DNA from: Halobacillus naozhouensis
Lineage (GTDB): Bacteria > Bacillota > Bacilli > Bacillales > Halobacillaceae
Length of the DNA stretch: 32,000 nt
Assembly: GCF_029714185.1 (NCBI RefSeq)
Contig: NZ_CP121671.1
Span: 556,138-588,137 of the forward strand
Direction: 5' to 3'
In this document: positions 1-9,340 of the stretch, piece after piece
Position numbering within the stretch: the stretch's first letter is position 1
How the letters are laid out: each line of letters opens with the position of its first letter
The notes under the pieces: generated by a model
The model's input: the letters and a program-made list of their open reading frames with translations, nothing else
Told to the model about the DNA's origin: nothing
Database searches by the model: none
Position numbers and translations under genes: made by a program

Positions 1-648
1 CCTGACAGTAACCTCGATGGTAAAAATGTTCACGCCTCTAGGAAGAGAATGGGCAAGGCTCTGGCTGACGAAGCCCCGGTTGAAGCAGATGTTGTGACAG
101 GGGTACCGGATTCAAGCATATCTGCAGCCATCGGTTACGCTGAAGCTGCTGGTCTGCCATATGAGCTCGGCTTAATTAAAAATCGCTACGTTGGACGCAC
201 ATTCATTCAGCCTTCCCAGGAGCTTCGTGAACAAGGTGTAAAAATGAAGCTGTCTGCTGTCCGTGGTATTGTCGAAGGGAAGCGTGTCGTAATGGTCGAT
301 GATTCGATTGTGCGCGGGACGACAAGCCGCCGTATTGTCAAAATGCTTAAGGAAGCTGGAGCATTAGAAGTACATGTACGCATTGCTTCGCCACCTATTG
401 AAAATCCGTGCTATTACGGAATCGATACGTCCACGAGCGGCGAGTTGATTGCGGCGAACAGTTCTGTCGAAGAAATCGAGAAGCAGATAGGGGCTGACAG
501 TCTATCCTATTTATCTGTTGATGGTTTAAATCAGTCTATTTATGAAGGCAATGAATCGCTTGAACACGGAGGCTGTATGGCTTGCTTTACGGGCAACTAT
601 CCAACAGAAATTTATCCGAACACCGTTTTACCATATGAGAAAGCCTAA
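1..648 (+). CDS. purF: amidophosphoribosyltransferase (glutamine PRPP amidotransferase), 5'-truncated by the window edge
   Basis: Frame 1 is open from base 1 with no stop before the ATG at 49, so the gene enters from upstream. The translation has [34 protein letters not shown], the PRPP loop [14 protein letters not shown] and the C-terminal [14 protein letters not shown] typical of Bacillus PurF. It is followed directly by purMNHD. Confidence 0.93.
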   Translation, partial: PDSNLDGKNVHASRKRMGKALADEAPVEADVVTGVPDSSISAAIGYAEAAGLPYELGLIKNRYVGRTFIQPSQELREQGVKMKLSAVRGIVEGKRVVMVDDSIVRGTTSRRIVKMLKEAGALEVHVRIASPPIENPCYYGIDTSTSGELIAANSSVEEIEKQIGADSLSYLSVDGLNQSIYEGNESLEHGGCMACFTGNYPTEIYPNTVLPYEKA

Positions 649-665
649 AGGAAGGGGGAGCCGAC

Positions 666-1688
666 GTGAGTCAATCATATAAACAGGCCGGTGTAGATGT
701 AGAAGCAGGCTATGAAGCAGTCGAACGAATGAAAAAACATGTGGCTAGAACGATGCGTCCGGAAGTTATTGGTGGACTGGGCTCGTTTGCCGGCCTTTTT
801 GACATCGGTTCTATGAGCTATGAGCATCCTGTTCTGGTTACAGGGACAGACGGAGTAGGAACGAAGCTGAAACTTGCTTTTCAAATGGATCAGCATGACA
901 CGATCGGCATCGATGTCGTAGCGATGTGTGTCAACGACATTGTTGCTCAAGGAGCAGACCCGCTTTTATTTCTTGATTATATTGCGTGCGGTAAAAATGA
1001 ACCCGAGAAAATTGAGCAGATAGTAAAAGGAATCTCAGATGGCTGTGAGCAGGCAGGCAGTGCACTTGTTGGCGGAGAAACCGCTGAAATGCCTGGCATG
1101 TACCAGCTTGATGAATACGATTTAGCTGGTTTTGTTGTTGGAATGGCAGATAAGGACAAGCTGATTACAGGGCAGAATGTTCAAGCTGGAGATGTATTAA
1201 TCGGCCTGTCTTCGAGCGGAGTTCATTCAAATGGCTTCTCGCTTGTTAGAACAATTATTGAAAGACAAGAGCTTGACCTCGAAGCTGTCTATACCCCTTT
1301 TGACAAACCATTAGGGGAAGTTCTTTTAACCCCTACGAAAATTTACGTACAATCGATTAATGTTCTAAAACAATTCGTCTCTATTAAAGGTGTGGCCCAC
1401 GTAACAGGTGGAGGATTCTATGAAAATATTCCAAGGATTCTTTCGGAAGGCTTAGGAGTCAAGATTGACCAGTCGAGCTGGCGTGTTCCGCCAATTTTTG
1501 AATTTCTACGTGATCAAGGTGAGGTAACGGACGAGGAAATGTTTGGAGTCTTTAACATGGGGATCGGGATGGTGGCTGTCGTGTCTGAAAAAGATGTCCC
1601 AGCGTCCCTTGAGTCTCTGAAGGATGCTGGAGAAAAAGCCCAAGTAATTGGACATGTCACGGAACAGGAAGGAATCCACTGGTCATGA
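666..1688 (+). CDS. purM: phosphoribosylformylglycinamidine cyclo-ligase (AIR synthetase)
   Basis: GTG start at 666 follows an AAGGAAGGGGGAG RBS. The 340 aa product begins [12 protein letters not shown] and carries [10 protein letters not shown] and the GGETAEMPG motif, with operon context purF-purM-purN. Confidence 0.95.
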   Translation: MSQSYKQAGVDVEAGYEAVERMKKHVARTMRPEVIGGLGSFAGLFDIGSMSYEHPVLVTGTDGVGTKLKLAFQMDQHDTIGIDVVAMCVNDIVAQGADPLLFLDYIACGKNEPEKIEQIVKGISDGCEQAGSALVGGETAEMPGMYQLDEYDLAGFVVGMADKDKLITGQNVQAGDVLIGLSSSGVHSNGFSLVRTIIERQELDLEAVYTPFDKPLGEVLLTPTKIYVQSINVLKQFVSIKGVAHVTGGGFYENIPRILSEGLGVKIDQSSWRVPPIFEFLRDQGEVTDEEMFGVFNMGIGMVAVVSEKDVPASLESLKDAGEKAQVIGHVTEQEGIHWS

Positions 1689-2263
1689 TGAATCTAGCTA
1701 TTTTTGCGTCAGGAACAGGATCGAACTTTGATGCGATTATGACAGCGATAGAAGACGGAAAACTAGAAGCAAACGTTTCACTGCTTGTTTCAGATCGAAT
1801 CGATGCCGGAGTCATTGAGAAAGCTCAGAGGAGACAAATCGATACAGTTGTATTCAACCCTAAATCTTTTGCAAATAAAGAAGCTTTTGAAAAAGCACTT
1901 CTCAAAGATTGTAAGGATAGAGGGGTGGAATGGATTATTCTTGCTGGTTACATGAGACTCATTGGTTCAACCCTGCTAATGGCATACGAACACCGAATTC
2001 TGAATATTCATCCGTCTTTGCTGCCGGCTTTTCCAGGTAAAGATGCCATCGGTCAAGCCTATGATAAACAAGTGAAATTAACCGGTGTAACAGTTCATTA
2101 CGTCGACGACGGCATGGACACGGGTCCTATTATCGATCAGGAGGCTGTCCGTATCCATGAACAAGATACAAAAGATGATATAAAACAAAAAATTCAAGCT
2201 GTTGAACACGAATTGTATCCACGTGTCATCCAGTCATTAACGATCAAGGAGGAGTCCAGATGA
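1685..2263 (+). CDS. purN: phosphoribosylglycinamide formyltransferase
   Basis: The ATG overlaps the purM stop (tcATGAtg). The 192 aa product has [22 protein letters not shown] and [14 protein letters not shown] motifs of GAR transformylase. Confidence 0.95.
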   Translation: MMNLAIFASGTGSNFDAIMTAIEDGKLEANVSLLVSDRIDAGVIEKAQRRQIDTVVFNPKSFANKEAFEKALLKDCKDRGVEWIILAGYMRLIGSTLLMAYEHRILNIHPSLLPAFPGKDAIGQAYDKQVKLTGVTVHYVDDGMDTGPIIDQEAVRIHEQDTKDDIKQKIQAVEHELYPRVIQSLTIKEESR

Positions 2264-3798
2264 GCACGCGTAAACGCGCCCTGTTAAGTGTATCCAACAA
2301 GCAAGGGTTAACTGTTTTTGCAAAGAAATTAATTGAACTAGATTATGAACTTGTCTCTACAGGAGGGACAAAGCGGGCGATTGAAGCAGAAGGTCTTCCT
2401 GTAAAATCTATTTCCGATATTACAAACTTTCCTGAAATAATGGATGGGCGTGTAAAAACGTTACACCCATCTGTTCATGGCGGCCTGCTTGCTAAAAGGG
2501 GCAACGACGAGCACATGAGCCAGCTGGATGAACTTGATATCCAAACGATCGACCTTGTAGCTGTCAATTTGTATCCTTTCAAAGAAACGATCGCAAAAGA
2601 AGGAGTTACAGAAGCTGACGCCATTGAAAATATTGATATTGGCGGTCCGACGATGCTGCGATCTGCCGCCAAAAGCTTTGAAGATGTAGCTGTCGTTGTC
2701 GACCCGGCTGACTATGAGCAAGTTATCACTGGTTTGCAAGAAGGAGAGCTTTCATTTGAAGCTCGTAAGAAATTGGCCGCAAAGGTGTTCCGCCACACGG
2801 CCAATTACGATGCTATGATCGCCGAATATTTCACAGAAGCAGTTCAAGAAGCTTATCCGGAAACTTATACGGTGACTTATGAAAAAGTTCAAGATTTACG
2901 TTATGGAGAAAACCCTCACCAAACGGCTGCATTTTATCAGAAAGCGAACTACGGTGGAGCTTCACTGGCTGATGCTAAGCAGCTAAATGGCAAAGAGCTT
3001 TCTTATAACAATATTCAGGACGCCAATGCAGCTTTGGATATAGTGCTAGAATTTGAGGAACCTGCAGCAGTTGCTGTGAAACATATGAATCCGTGCGGTG
3101 TGGGTACTGGGCGTGCAATTTTTGAGGCCTATGGCAAAGCCTATGCTGGCGACCCGATCTCAATTTTTGGCGGAATTGTTGCCTTGAACAGGGAAGTCGA
3201 TGAAGAAACCGCAGCGAAGCTGAAGGAAATTTTCCTCGAGATTGTTATTGCCCCTTCCTTTAGTCAGGCGGCTCTTGATTTACTTACACAGAAAAAGAAT
3301 CTCCGTTTACTAGAAATAGAGATGAAAAAGCCTGAAACTCAATCACATAAACTTACTTCTGTAAGTGGGGGCTTACTCATTCAGGACACGGACGAAGGGT
3401 CGCTCGAAGATGTGGAATTAGAGGTAGCGACCGAGCGCCTGCCTACCGAACAGGAGCTTAAGGATTTAGCACTAGGCTGGCAGGTCGTCAAACATGTGAA
3501 ATCCAATGCAATTGTCATTGCGAAGTCAGATCAGACGCTTGGAGTTGGCGCCGGACAAATGAACCGTGTAGGAGCAGCCAAGATCGCTCTCGAGCAAGCT
3601 GGCGATCAATCGGAAGGTGCTATTATGGCGTCCGATGCGTTCTTCCCGATGCCTGATACAGTTGAAACGGCGGCACAGGCCGGAGTGAAGGCGATTATTC
3701 AGCCAGGTGGTTCCAAACGTGATCAGGATTCGATTGATGCCTGTAATCAACATGGAATAGCTATGGTATTTACAAGAATGCGCCATTTCAAACATTAA
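2260..3798 (+). CDS. purH: bifunctional AICAR formyltransferase / IMP cyclohydrolase
   Basis: The ATG overlaps the purN stop (ATGA). The product is 512 aa, with an MGS-like N-terminus (KRALLSVSNKQGL) and an AICARFT domain (HMNPCGVG, SDAFFPMPD). Confidence 0.96.
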   Translation: MSTRKRALLSVSNKQGLTVFAKKLIELDYELVSTGGTKRAIEAEGLPVKSISDITNFPEIMDGRVKTLHPSVHGGLLAKRGNDEHMSQLDELDIQTIDLVAVNLYPFKETIAKEGVTEADAIENIDIGGPTMLRSAAKSFEDVAVVVDPADYEQVITGLQEGELSFEARKKLAAKVFRHTANYDAMIAEYFTEAVQEAYPETYTVTYEKVQDLRYGENPHQTAAFYQKANYGGASLADAKQLNGKELSYNNIQDANAALDIVLEFEEPAAVAVKHMNPCGVGTGRAIFEAYGKAYAGDPISIFGGIVALNREVDEETAAKLKEIFLEIVIAPSFSQAALDLLTQKKNLRLLEIEMKKPETQSHKLTSVSGGLLIQDTDEGSLEDVELEVATERLPTEQELKDLALGWQVVKHVKSNAIVIAKSDQTLGVGAGQMNRVGAAKIALEQAGDQSEGAIMASDAFFPMPDTVETAAQAGVKAIIQPGGSKRDQDSIDACNQHGIAMVFTRMRHFKH

Positions 3799-3815
3799 AG
3801 AGGGGGATACGAATC

Positions 3816-5075
3816 ATGAATGTCCTTGTGATTGGACGCGGAGGACGTGAGCATAGCCTCATCCAGAAGTTTGCAGAAAGCCCACAAGTTGAACAGATTT
3901 TCGTGGCTCCAGGAAATGCTGGTATGGAAAAACAAGCTACCCGTCTTCCCATTCAGGAAACGGATCAGGATGAACTCGTTGCATTCGCTAAGGAGAACCA
4001 GATTAACCTGACAATTGTCGGGCCGGAGAATCCGTTACTTGATGGTCTTGTCGATCGTTTTATGGAAGCTGATCTTCAAGTTTTTGGGCCGACGAAAGAC
4101 GCTGCGTTAATTGAGGGCAGTAAGCATTTTGCTAAGCAGCTTATGAAAAAGTACGACATTCCGACTGCTGATTATCAAGCGTTTACTGATGCAAGCCAGG
4201 CAAAGGAGTATATTCATGAACATGGCGCTCCAATTGTGGTTAAAGCAGATGGCCTCGCCGCTGGAAAAGGCGTGGTGGTTGCTGAGACAGTGGAAACGGC
4301 ATGTGAAGCCGTCGATGATATGTTGCTTGCTGGACAATTCGGCGAGGCGAGCCGAGAAATTGTCGTAGAAGAGTTTCTGCAAGGTACAGAGTTTTCCTTG
4401 ATGGCCTTTGTAAAAGGGAAACAGGTTTATCCTATGGTAACAGCTCAAGATCATAAGCGGGCTTTTGATGGAGATCAAGGCCCTAATACTGGAGGGATGG
4501 GCGCCTTCGCTCCTGCTACTCATATCCCTTGGGATGATTATGATTATGCAGTAGAGTCGATCCTGCAAAGAACAGCCTCAGCCCTGGCAGCGGAAGGACG
4601 CTCTTTTACCGGGATTTTATACGCTGGACTTATCCAGACACCTGCGGGTCCAAAGGTGATCGAGTTCAATGCACGATTTGGAGATCCAGAAACCCAGGTG
4701 GTTATGCCGCTTCTTGCTAATGATCTCGCCCAAGTCATCACCGATGTACTGGAAGATAAAGATCCAAACTTAACATGGTTTGAGCAAGCATGTGCCGGGG
4801 TGGTTGTAGCCTCTGCAGGTTATCCAGGAGATTATCAAAAAGGTGTCCGCTTACCACAATGGTCTGAGCAAGGTGTTTTCTCTACTCATGCTGGTACGGA
4901 GAACGATGGTGACGGGTATATAACAAGTGGAGGCAGAGTCCTGCTTGTAGGGGCTGTGGCTCCAGTTCTTGAAACGGCCCTGACGTCTGTTTATCAGTCG
5001 TTAACCTGTTTTGATCACCATGAAGGGTTCTTTTATCGGAAAGATATCGGAAGATCGTTCGAAACCAAGTCGTAA
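3816..5075 (+). CDS. purD: phosphoribosylamine--glycine ligase (GAR synthetase)
   Basis: An AGAGGGGGA RBS precedes the start. The 419 aa product begins MNVLVIGRGGREHSL and has ATP-grasp core motifs (VVKADGLAAGKGV, FNARFGDPETQ). It is the last gene of the pur operon and is followed by a terminator. Confidence 0.95.
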   Translation: MNVLVIGRGGREHSLIQKFAESPQVEQIFVAPGNAGMEKQATRLPIQETDQDELVAFAKENQINLTIVGPENPLLDGLVDRFMEADLQVFGPTKDAALIEGSKHFAKQLMKKYDIPTADYQAFTDASQAKEYIHEHGAPIVVKADGLAAGKGVVVAETVETACEAVDDMLLAGQFGEASREIVVEEFLQGTEFSLMAFVKGKQVYPMVTAQDHKRAFDGDQGPNTGGMGAFAPATHIPWDDYDYAVESILQRTASALAAEGRSFTGILYAGLIQTPAGPKVIEFNARFGDPETQVVMPLLANDLAQVITDVLEDKDPNLTWFEQACAGVVVASAGYPGDYQKGVRLPQWSEQGVFSTHAGTENDGDGYITSGGRVLLVGAVAPVLETALTSVYQSLTCFDHHEGFFYRKDIGRSFETKS

Positions 5076-5110
5076 AAATAGAAGTCTCCCCTGATGAATA
5101 TAAGTAGATC

Positions 5111-5138
5111 AATCCGCCTATTCGGGCGGATTTTTTAT
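5111..5138 (+). terminator. rho-independent terminator of the pur operon
   Basis: Stem AATCCGCC (5111-5118) pairs with GGCGGATT (5125-5132) and is followed by a T-run. Confidence 0.85.
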
Positions 5139-5220
5139 TATAGAGTATGTGAACTTTTCTGCTTCGCGAAGTTGATGATCATGTGTTAAGATAGAAAAAA
5201 TGAATCAGGGAGGCTCTCTA

Positions 5221-6966
5221 GTGAATGAACAACGCTTCCGTTGGCGGAATAGACAGCTTCGTGAACACGTAGCTGTTGTGGAAGGAAAACTCGCGCCGAC
5301 CAAACTAATCAAAAATACAACCTACTTAAATGTCTTCGTAAAGAAATGGATGACCGGTCATATCTGGATCTATGAGGATCGGATTATCTATTCAGGTCCA
5401 GAGCTTCCCCCTCTGACGGATGGAACGGATGTCATTGACGGTGAGGACAGTTATGTTGTCCCAGGCTATGTTGAACCACATGTCCATCCTTTCCAGTTAT
5501 ATAATCCTCACAGTTTAGCTGAGCATGCTGTAAGGACAGGAACCACAACACTGATTAATGATAACTTGATGTGGCTTTTTTTAACGGACAAAAAGAAAGC
5601 GTTTTCTTTATTGGAAGACTGCGCTAAATTGTCCGCTTCTATATTTTGGTGGGCTCGATTTGATTCTCAATCAGCCTTGCAGGATGATGATCGCGAGAAT
5701 TTCAATAGTCAGGTGTTGTCCTGGCTCAAACATGATGCTGTGATACAAGGTGGAGAATTGACAGCCTGGCCAGACGTTCTTCATGGCGGTGATGATCAGA
5801 TGCTTCACTGGATGCAGGAAGCGAAGCGATCACGCAAGCCGCTGGAAGGGCATTTACCTGGAGCTTCATGGAAAACCCTAGTAAAAATGAAACTGCTGGG
5901 ACTTGATTCAGAACATGAGTCAATGACAGCAGATGAAGTGATAGAACGACTGACACACGGGTATCAAACGGGCGTGCGCTATTCATCAATTCGTCCGGAT
6001 TTACCCGGCATATTGCAAGGGCTTCTTGAAAAAGAATTAACGACTTTTGATAAATTAATGTACACAACGGACGGGTCCACACCTGGCTTTTTAAAGGATG
6101 GACTGATCAATGTTTGTATAAAGATTGCCATTGAAGCAGGACTGCCTGCTATTGATGCCTACTTGATGGGATCCTATTACCCTGCTCGTCACTTCGGTAT
6201 AGAAAACCGAGTAGGCAGTCTTGCTCCAGGGCGTGTTGCCCACTTGAACTTTCTATCAGATCCTAATGACCCAACCCCGCATTCTGTATTAGCAAAAGGA
6301 GAATGGGTAAAACGTGATCATAGAGACGTAGAATCCGATTCAGAAGTGAGCTGGCAAAGAAATGGAGTAACTCCACTGGATATTGACTGGGAACTGACTG
6401 ATGATGATCTTCAATTTTCGATGCCGATCGGTATGGAAATGGTAAACGAGGTTATCATGAAGCCTTACGCCATCGATAGTGATGCGTCAGTAGCCCGTCT
6501 GCCAACCGAATCGAAAGAAGCATTTCTGACGCTGCTTGATCGTGAAGGGAAATGGCATGTCAATACACTGTTAAAAGGGTTTACCGATTCACTAGGCGGA
6601 CTTGTCAGCTCATATTCTAATACAGGTGACTTTATTTTAATAGGGAATTCAAGAGAGGATACAAAACTGGCCTTTGAACGCATGAAAGAATTAGGTGGCG
6701 GTATTGTCCTGGCTGACCAGGGGGAAATAGTCTATGAGCTTCCGCTGCCTCTTGGCGGAATGATGTCTGATCTATCGATGTCATCTTTAATAGAGGAAGA
6801 GCATAGACTAAGAGAGCACCTCAACTTTTATGGTTACGCCTTCGGGGATCCTGTGTATACACTGCTCTTTCTATCAGCCATGCATCTTCCTTTTATTAGA
6901 ATAACTCCTCAGGGGATAATGGATGTGAAGAAGAAAGAGGTACTCTATCCTGCGATGATGCGTTAA
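5221..6966 (+). CDS. yerA: adenine deaminase-like amidohydrolase (YerA-type)
   Basis: The ORF track starts at ATG 5200, but GGGAGG (5208-5213) sits 7 nt before the in-frame GTG 5221, which I prefer. It has an amidohydrolase metal motif (GYVEPHVHPF). Its ~581 aa length and position right after purD match B. subtilis yerA. Confidence 0.8.
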   Translation: MNEQRFRWRNRQLREHVAVVEGKLAPTKLIKNTTYLNVFVKKWMTGHIWIYEDRIIYSGPELPPLTDGTDVIDGEDSYVVPGYVEPHVHPFQLYNPHSLAEHAVRTGTTTLINDNLMWLFLTDKKKAFSLLEDCAKLSASIFWWARFDSQSALQDDDRENFNSQVLSWLKHDAVIQGGELTAWPDVLHGGDDQMLHWMQEAKRSRKPLEGHLPGASWKTLVKMKLLGLDSEHESMTADEVIERLTHGYQTGVRYSSIRPDLPGILQGLLEKELTTFDKLMYTTDGSTPGFLKDGLINVCIKIAIEAGLPAIDAYLMGSYYPARHFGIENRVGSLAPGRVAHLNFLSDPNDPTPHSVLAKGEWVKRDHRDVESDSEVSWQRNGVTPLDIDWELTDDDLQFSMPIGMEMVNEVIMKPYAIDSDASVARLPTESKEAFLTLLDREGKWHVNTLLKGFTDSLGGLVSSYSNTGDFILIGNSREDTKLAFERMKELGGGIVLADQGEIVYELPLPLGGMMSDLSMSSLIEEEHRLREHLNFYGYAFGDPVYTLLFLSAMHLPFIRITPQGIMDVKKKEVLYPAMMR

Positions 6967-7005
6967 AATAAAGAAGAATATACAGGTGCAAAGGGAAGGA
7001 CGTTA

Positions 7006-8043
7006 ATGAAGAATATCGTATGGTTTATGGCAGCTGCCGTATTTATGTTGCTTCTGACTGCTTGTGCAAACCCAGCAGAAGATGAAAATAAGCAGGAGAA
7101 TCAAGACAAGAAGGAGAATTCTGTAGAGGAGACTGAACAACCAAAAGGGACGAGCAATGAGAACATCTATCCGTTAACTGGGGAACCGGCTAATGATTCA
7201 GTGGATCATCGTGTGCTTTCCGTGATGGTAAATAACCATACAAATGCTCGTCCGCAGACGGGTTTAAGTCGTGCAGATATCGTGTACGAAGTATTGGCGG
7301 AAGGACAGATCACAAGGCTTCTTGCCTTATTTCATAGTGATGTTCCCGATGTCATTGGTCCGGTGAGAAGTGCGCGTCCGTATTACTTTAAATTAGCTTC
7401 TGGGTATGATGCCCTGTACGTCTATCACGGTGCTGCAACATTTATAAACGAAATGGTTCATGCCAGCGGGATTGATTTTGCCAATGGATCCTTATACGAT
7501 AATGATGGGAAACTATTTAAACGCTCCACAGATCGGCGGGCACCACACAATTCGTATCTCTTAACTTCAGGTGTAGCAGATCTATTAGCCAAAAAGGGAT
7601 ATGAGTCAACTAAAGAAGTAGAACCTCTTCCATTTGCGGATAAGCCATCCAGTGAGGGGCAATCAGCGCAGCAGGTCCAAGTGGTTTATGATGAACAAGA
7701 AACAGTAACGTATACGTATGACAGCGCTAGTAAGCAATACAAACGTTCAAGCGATGGAGAACCGACAGTCGAGAAAGAGACGGGTGAACGTATCACCGTT
7801 GATAATATCTTTATTGTCAAAACCGAGCACCAGGTGGTTGATAATGCCGGACGCCGTGAAATTGATTTAAGTTCAGGCGGTGAAGGTTATTTAGTACAAA
7901 GAGGGCAAATCATAGAGGTAGAATGGAAGAATCACAATGGTAGAATTTTACCTTTTAAAGATGGAGAACCTGTCAGTTTCGTTCCTGGTCAAACATGGGT
8001 GAATATAGTTCCAGATCGATCGGGAATCGTCACTGCTGAATAA
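7006..8043 (+). CDS. yerB: DUF3048-type lipoprotein (YerB-like)
   Basis: The signal peptide has a lipobox (FMLLLTAC) and is followed by a low-complexity acidic linker. Synteny is yerA-yerB-yerC, and an AGGGAAGGA RBS precedes the start. Confidence 0.8.
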   Translation: MKNIVWFMAAAVFMLLLTACANPAEDENKQENQDKKENSVEETEQPKGTSNENIYPLTGEPANDSVDHRVLSVMVNNHTNARPQTGLSRADIVYEVLAEGQITRLLALFHSDVPDVIGPVRSARPYYFKLASGYDALYVYHGAATFINEMVHASGIDFANGSLYDNDGKLFKRSTDRRAPHNSYLLTSGVADLLAKKGYESTKEVEPLPFADKPSSEGQSAQQVQVVYDEQETVTYTYDSASKQYKRSSDGEPTVEKETGERITVDNIFIVKTEHQVVDNAGRREIDLSSGGEGYLVQRGQIIEVEWKNHNGRILPFKDGEPVSFVPGQTWVNIVPDRSGIVTAE

Positions 8044-8059
8044 AAGGAGGGATGTCATC

Positions 8060-8362
8060 GTGCAAATTGATAAACTACGCGGCAAAACACTTGATCAGCT
8101 TTTCGAAGCGATTCTATCGCTGAAGGATGTAGAGGAATGCTATGAATTCTTCGATGACTTAGCGACAATGAATGAAGTTCAGTCTTTAGCACAGCGTCTA
8201 GAAGTAGCACGCATGCTGAGAGAAGGCTTTACGTATCATAAAATTGAAACCGAAACAGGGGCTTCAACGGCAACCATCTCACGTGTGAAACGATGCTTAA
8301 ATTATGGAAATGACGCTTATACGAAAGCATTGGATCGTGTTCAGGCAAATCAAACTAAATAA
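8060..8362 (+). CDS. yerC: YerC/YecD family TrpR-related DNA-binding protein
   Basis: GTG start follows an AAAGGAGGG RBS. The 100 aa product has a helix-turn-helix segment (TYHKIETETGASTATISRVKRCL) typical of TrpR-like YerC. A terminator follows. Confidence 0.85.
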   Translation: MQIDKLRGKTLDQLFEAILSLKDVEECYEFFDDLATMNEVQSLAQRLEVARMLREGFTYHKIETETGASTATISRVKRCLNYGNDAYTKALDRVQANQTK

Positions 8363-8373
8363 TGGAATGATAG

Positions 8374-8406
8374 AGGCTGCCTTATTGATGAGGCAGCCTT
8401 TTTTAA
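8374..8406 (+). terminator. rho-independent terminator after yerC
   Basis: AGGCTGCCT (8374-8382) pairs with AGGCAGCCT (8391-8399), followed by TTTTTT. Confidence 0.85.
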
Positions 8407-8545
8407 TTAAGAAGTACGGACAACTTCAGATGGTTAGGGTCATACAGTTTAATAGATGATTGGATAAAAAGTAACTCGGCTGTAGAAGGGGTCAGATTTT
8501 TCATCGATAATAACCAAATATGATTTCGTTCTGGCACGGGATCTT

Positions 8546-8554
8546 TGCTATAAT
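8546..8554 (+). promoter_or_regulatory. candidate extended -10 promoter (TGcTATAAT) for pcrB-pcrA-ligA-camS
   Basis: TG at 8546-8547 and TATAAT at 8549-8554 form an extended -10. No good -35 is present. Transcription from here would exclude the ATG at 8561 as the pcrB start. Confidence 0.4.
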
Positions 8555-8590
8555 ATATGAATGGATAAAGGTTATGGAGGAATTTGTACG

Positions 8591-9277
8591 GTGTACAATA
8601 ACGTGAAAGAATGGAACCATGTTTTTAAACTAGACCCGAATAAGCACCTGTCTGACAGCGACCTTAACCTGGTAGGGCGATCGGGGACAGATGCTGTTAT
8701 TATAGGAGGAACCGATGGCGTTACTTATGACAATGTGACAGCTTTGCTCATGAGAATGCAAGCCTTTGAGCTGCCATGTTTGCTTGAGGTTTCAGCTCTT
8801 GAAGCAATTTCTCCAGAATTTGATGGCTACTTGATACCAATGGTAATGAACAGCCGGGAGAAACGCTATATGCTTGATGTACAGCATGAAGCAGTCAAAC
8901 AATACGGTGACTTTATCGAATGGAATGACATGTTTGTCGAAGGATATTGTGTGATGAATGAACAGGCGAAAGTTTTTCAGGCAGCGAACTGTACGTTGCC
9001 GGACTATGAAGATGTGATTGCTTATGCGCGAATGGCTGAGCACATGTTTCACCTGCCTGTTTTTTATATTGAATACAGCGGACGATTTGGGGATGTGAAC
9101 CTCGTACGTGAGATAGCAGAACAACTTGATAAGACGCTGCTGTTTTATGGTGGGGGAATTCGTTCTGAAGCTGACGCAAGACAAATGAAACCATACGCGG
9201 ACGTGATTGTCGTTGGTGATATTATATATGAAAATATTCAGGCTGCCCTTGAAACGGTACAGGCTTGCAAAAAATAA
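8591..9277 (+). CDS. pcrB: heptaprenylglyceryl phosphate synthase
   Basis: The ORF track starts at 8561, but the in-frame GTG 8591 after GGAGG (8576-8580) gives 228 aa starting MYNNVKEWNHVFKLDPNK. This matches my recollection of the B. subtilis PcrB N-terminus and length. A GGGP-synthase-type TIM barrel motif is present (LFYGGGIRS), and pcrA lies downstream. Confidence 0.88.
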   Translation: MYNNVKEWNHVFKLDPNKHLSDSDLNLVGRSGTDAVIIGGTDGVTYDNVTALLMRMQAFELPCLLEVSALEAISPEFDGYLIPMVMNSREKRYMLDVQHEAVKQYGDFIEWNDMFVEGYCVMNEQAKVFQAANCTLPDYEDVIAYARMAEHMFHLPVFYIEYSGRFGDVNLVREIAEQLDKTLLFYGGGIRSEADARQMKPYADVIVVGDIIYENIQAALETVQACKK

Positions 9278-9340
9278 AAGAAGATGGTTTTTGCCAGATG
9301 TCTCTTTCCTACTTAACAATTTAGAAAGGTTGGTGTCCAC

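Noticed and set aside
4107-4568. Long antisense or alternative-frame ORFs inside purD (153 aa), pcrA (11173-11634, 11250-11564, 11396-11707), ligA (13109-13444), pruA, gatB, dagK and others in the track.
   Set aside because: All are nested within or antisense to well-supported genes, lack RBSs and have biased composition. They are treated as shadow ORFs.
5200-5220. N-terminal extensions in the ORF-track models, here and at 8561-8590 (pcrB), 19384-19410 (gatC), 26714-26797 (rlmD), 26252-26305 (putP, minus strand) and 29328-29357.
   Set aside because: In each case an internal in-frame start has a better-placed Shine-Dalgarno site. That start also gives an N-terminus and length matching the known family, or the paralog in this window.
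8532-8549. A sigma-54-like TGGCAC...TTGC sequence upstream of pcrB.
   Set aside because: The GG-to-GC spacing is 14 nt instead of the required 12, so it is unlikely to function. The TTGC overlaps an extended -10 (TGcTATAAT) that explains the sequence better.
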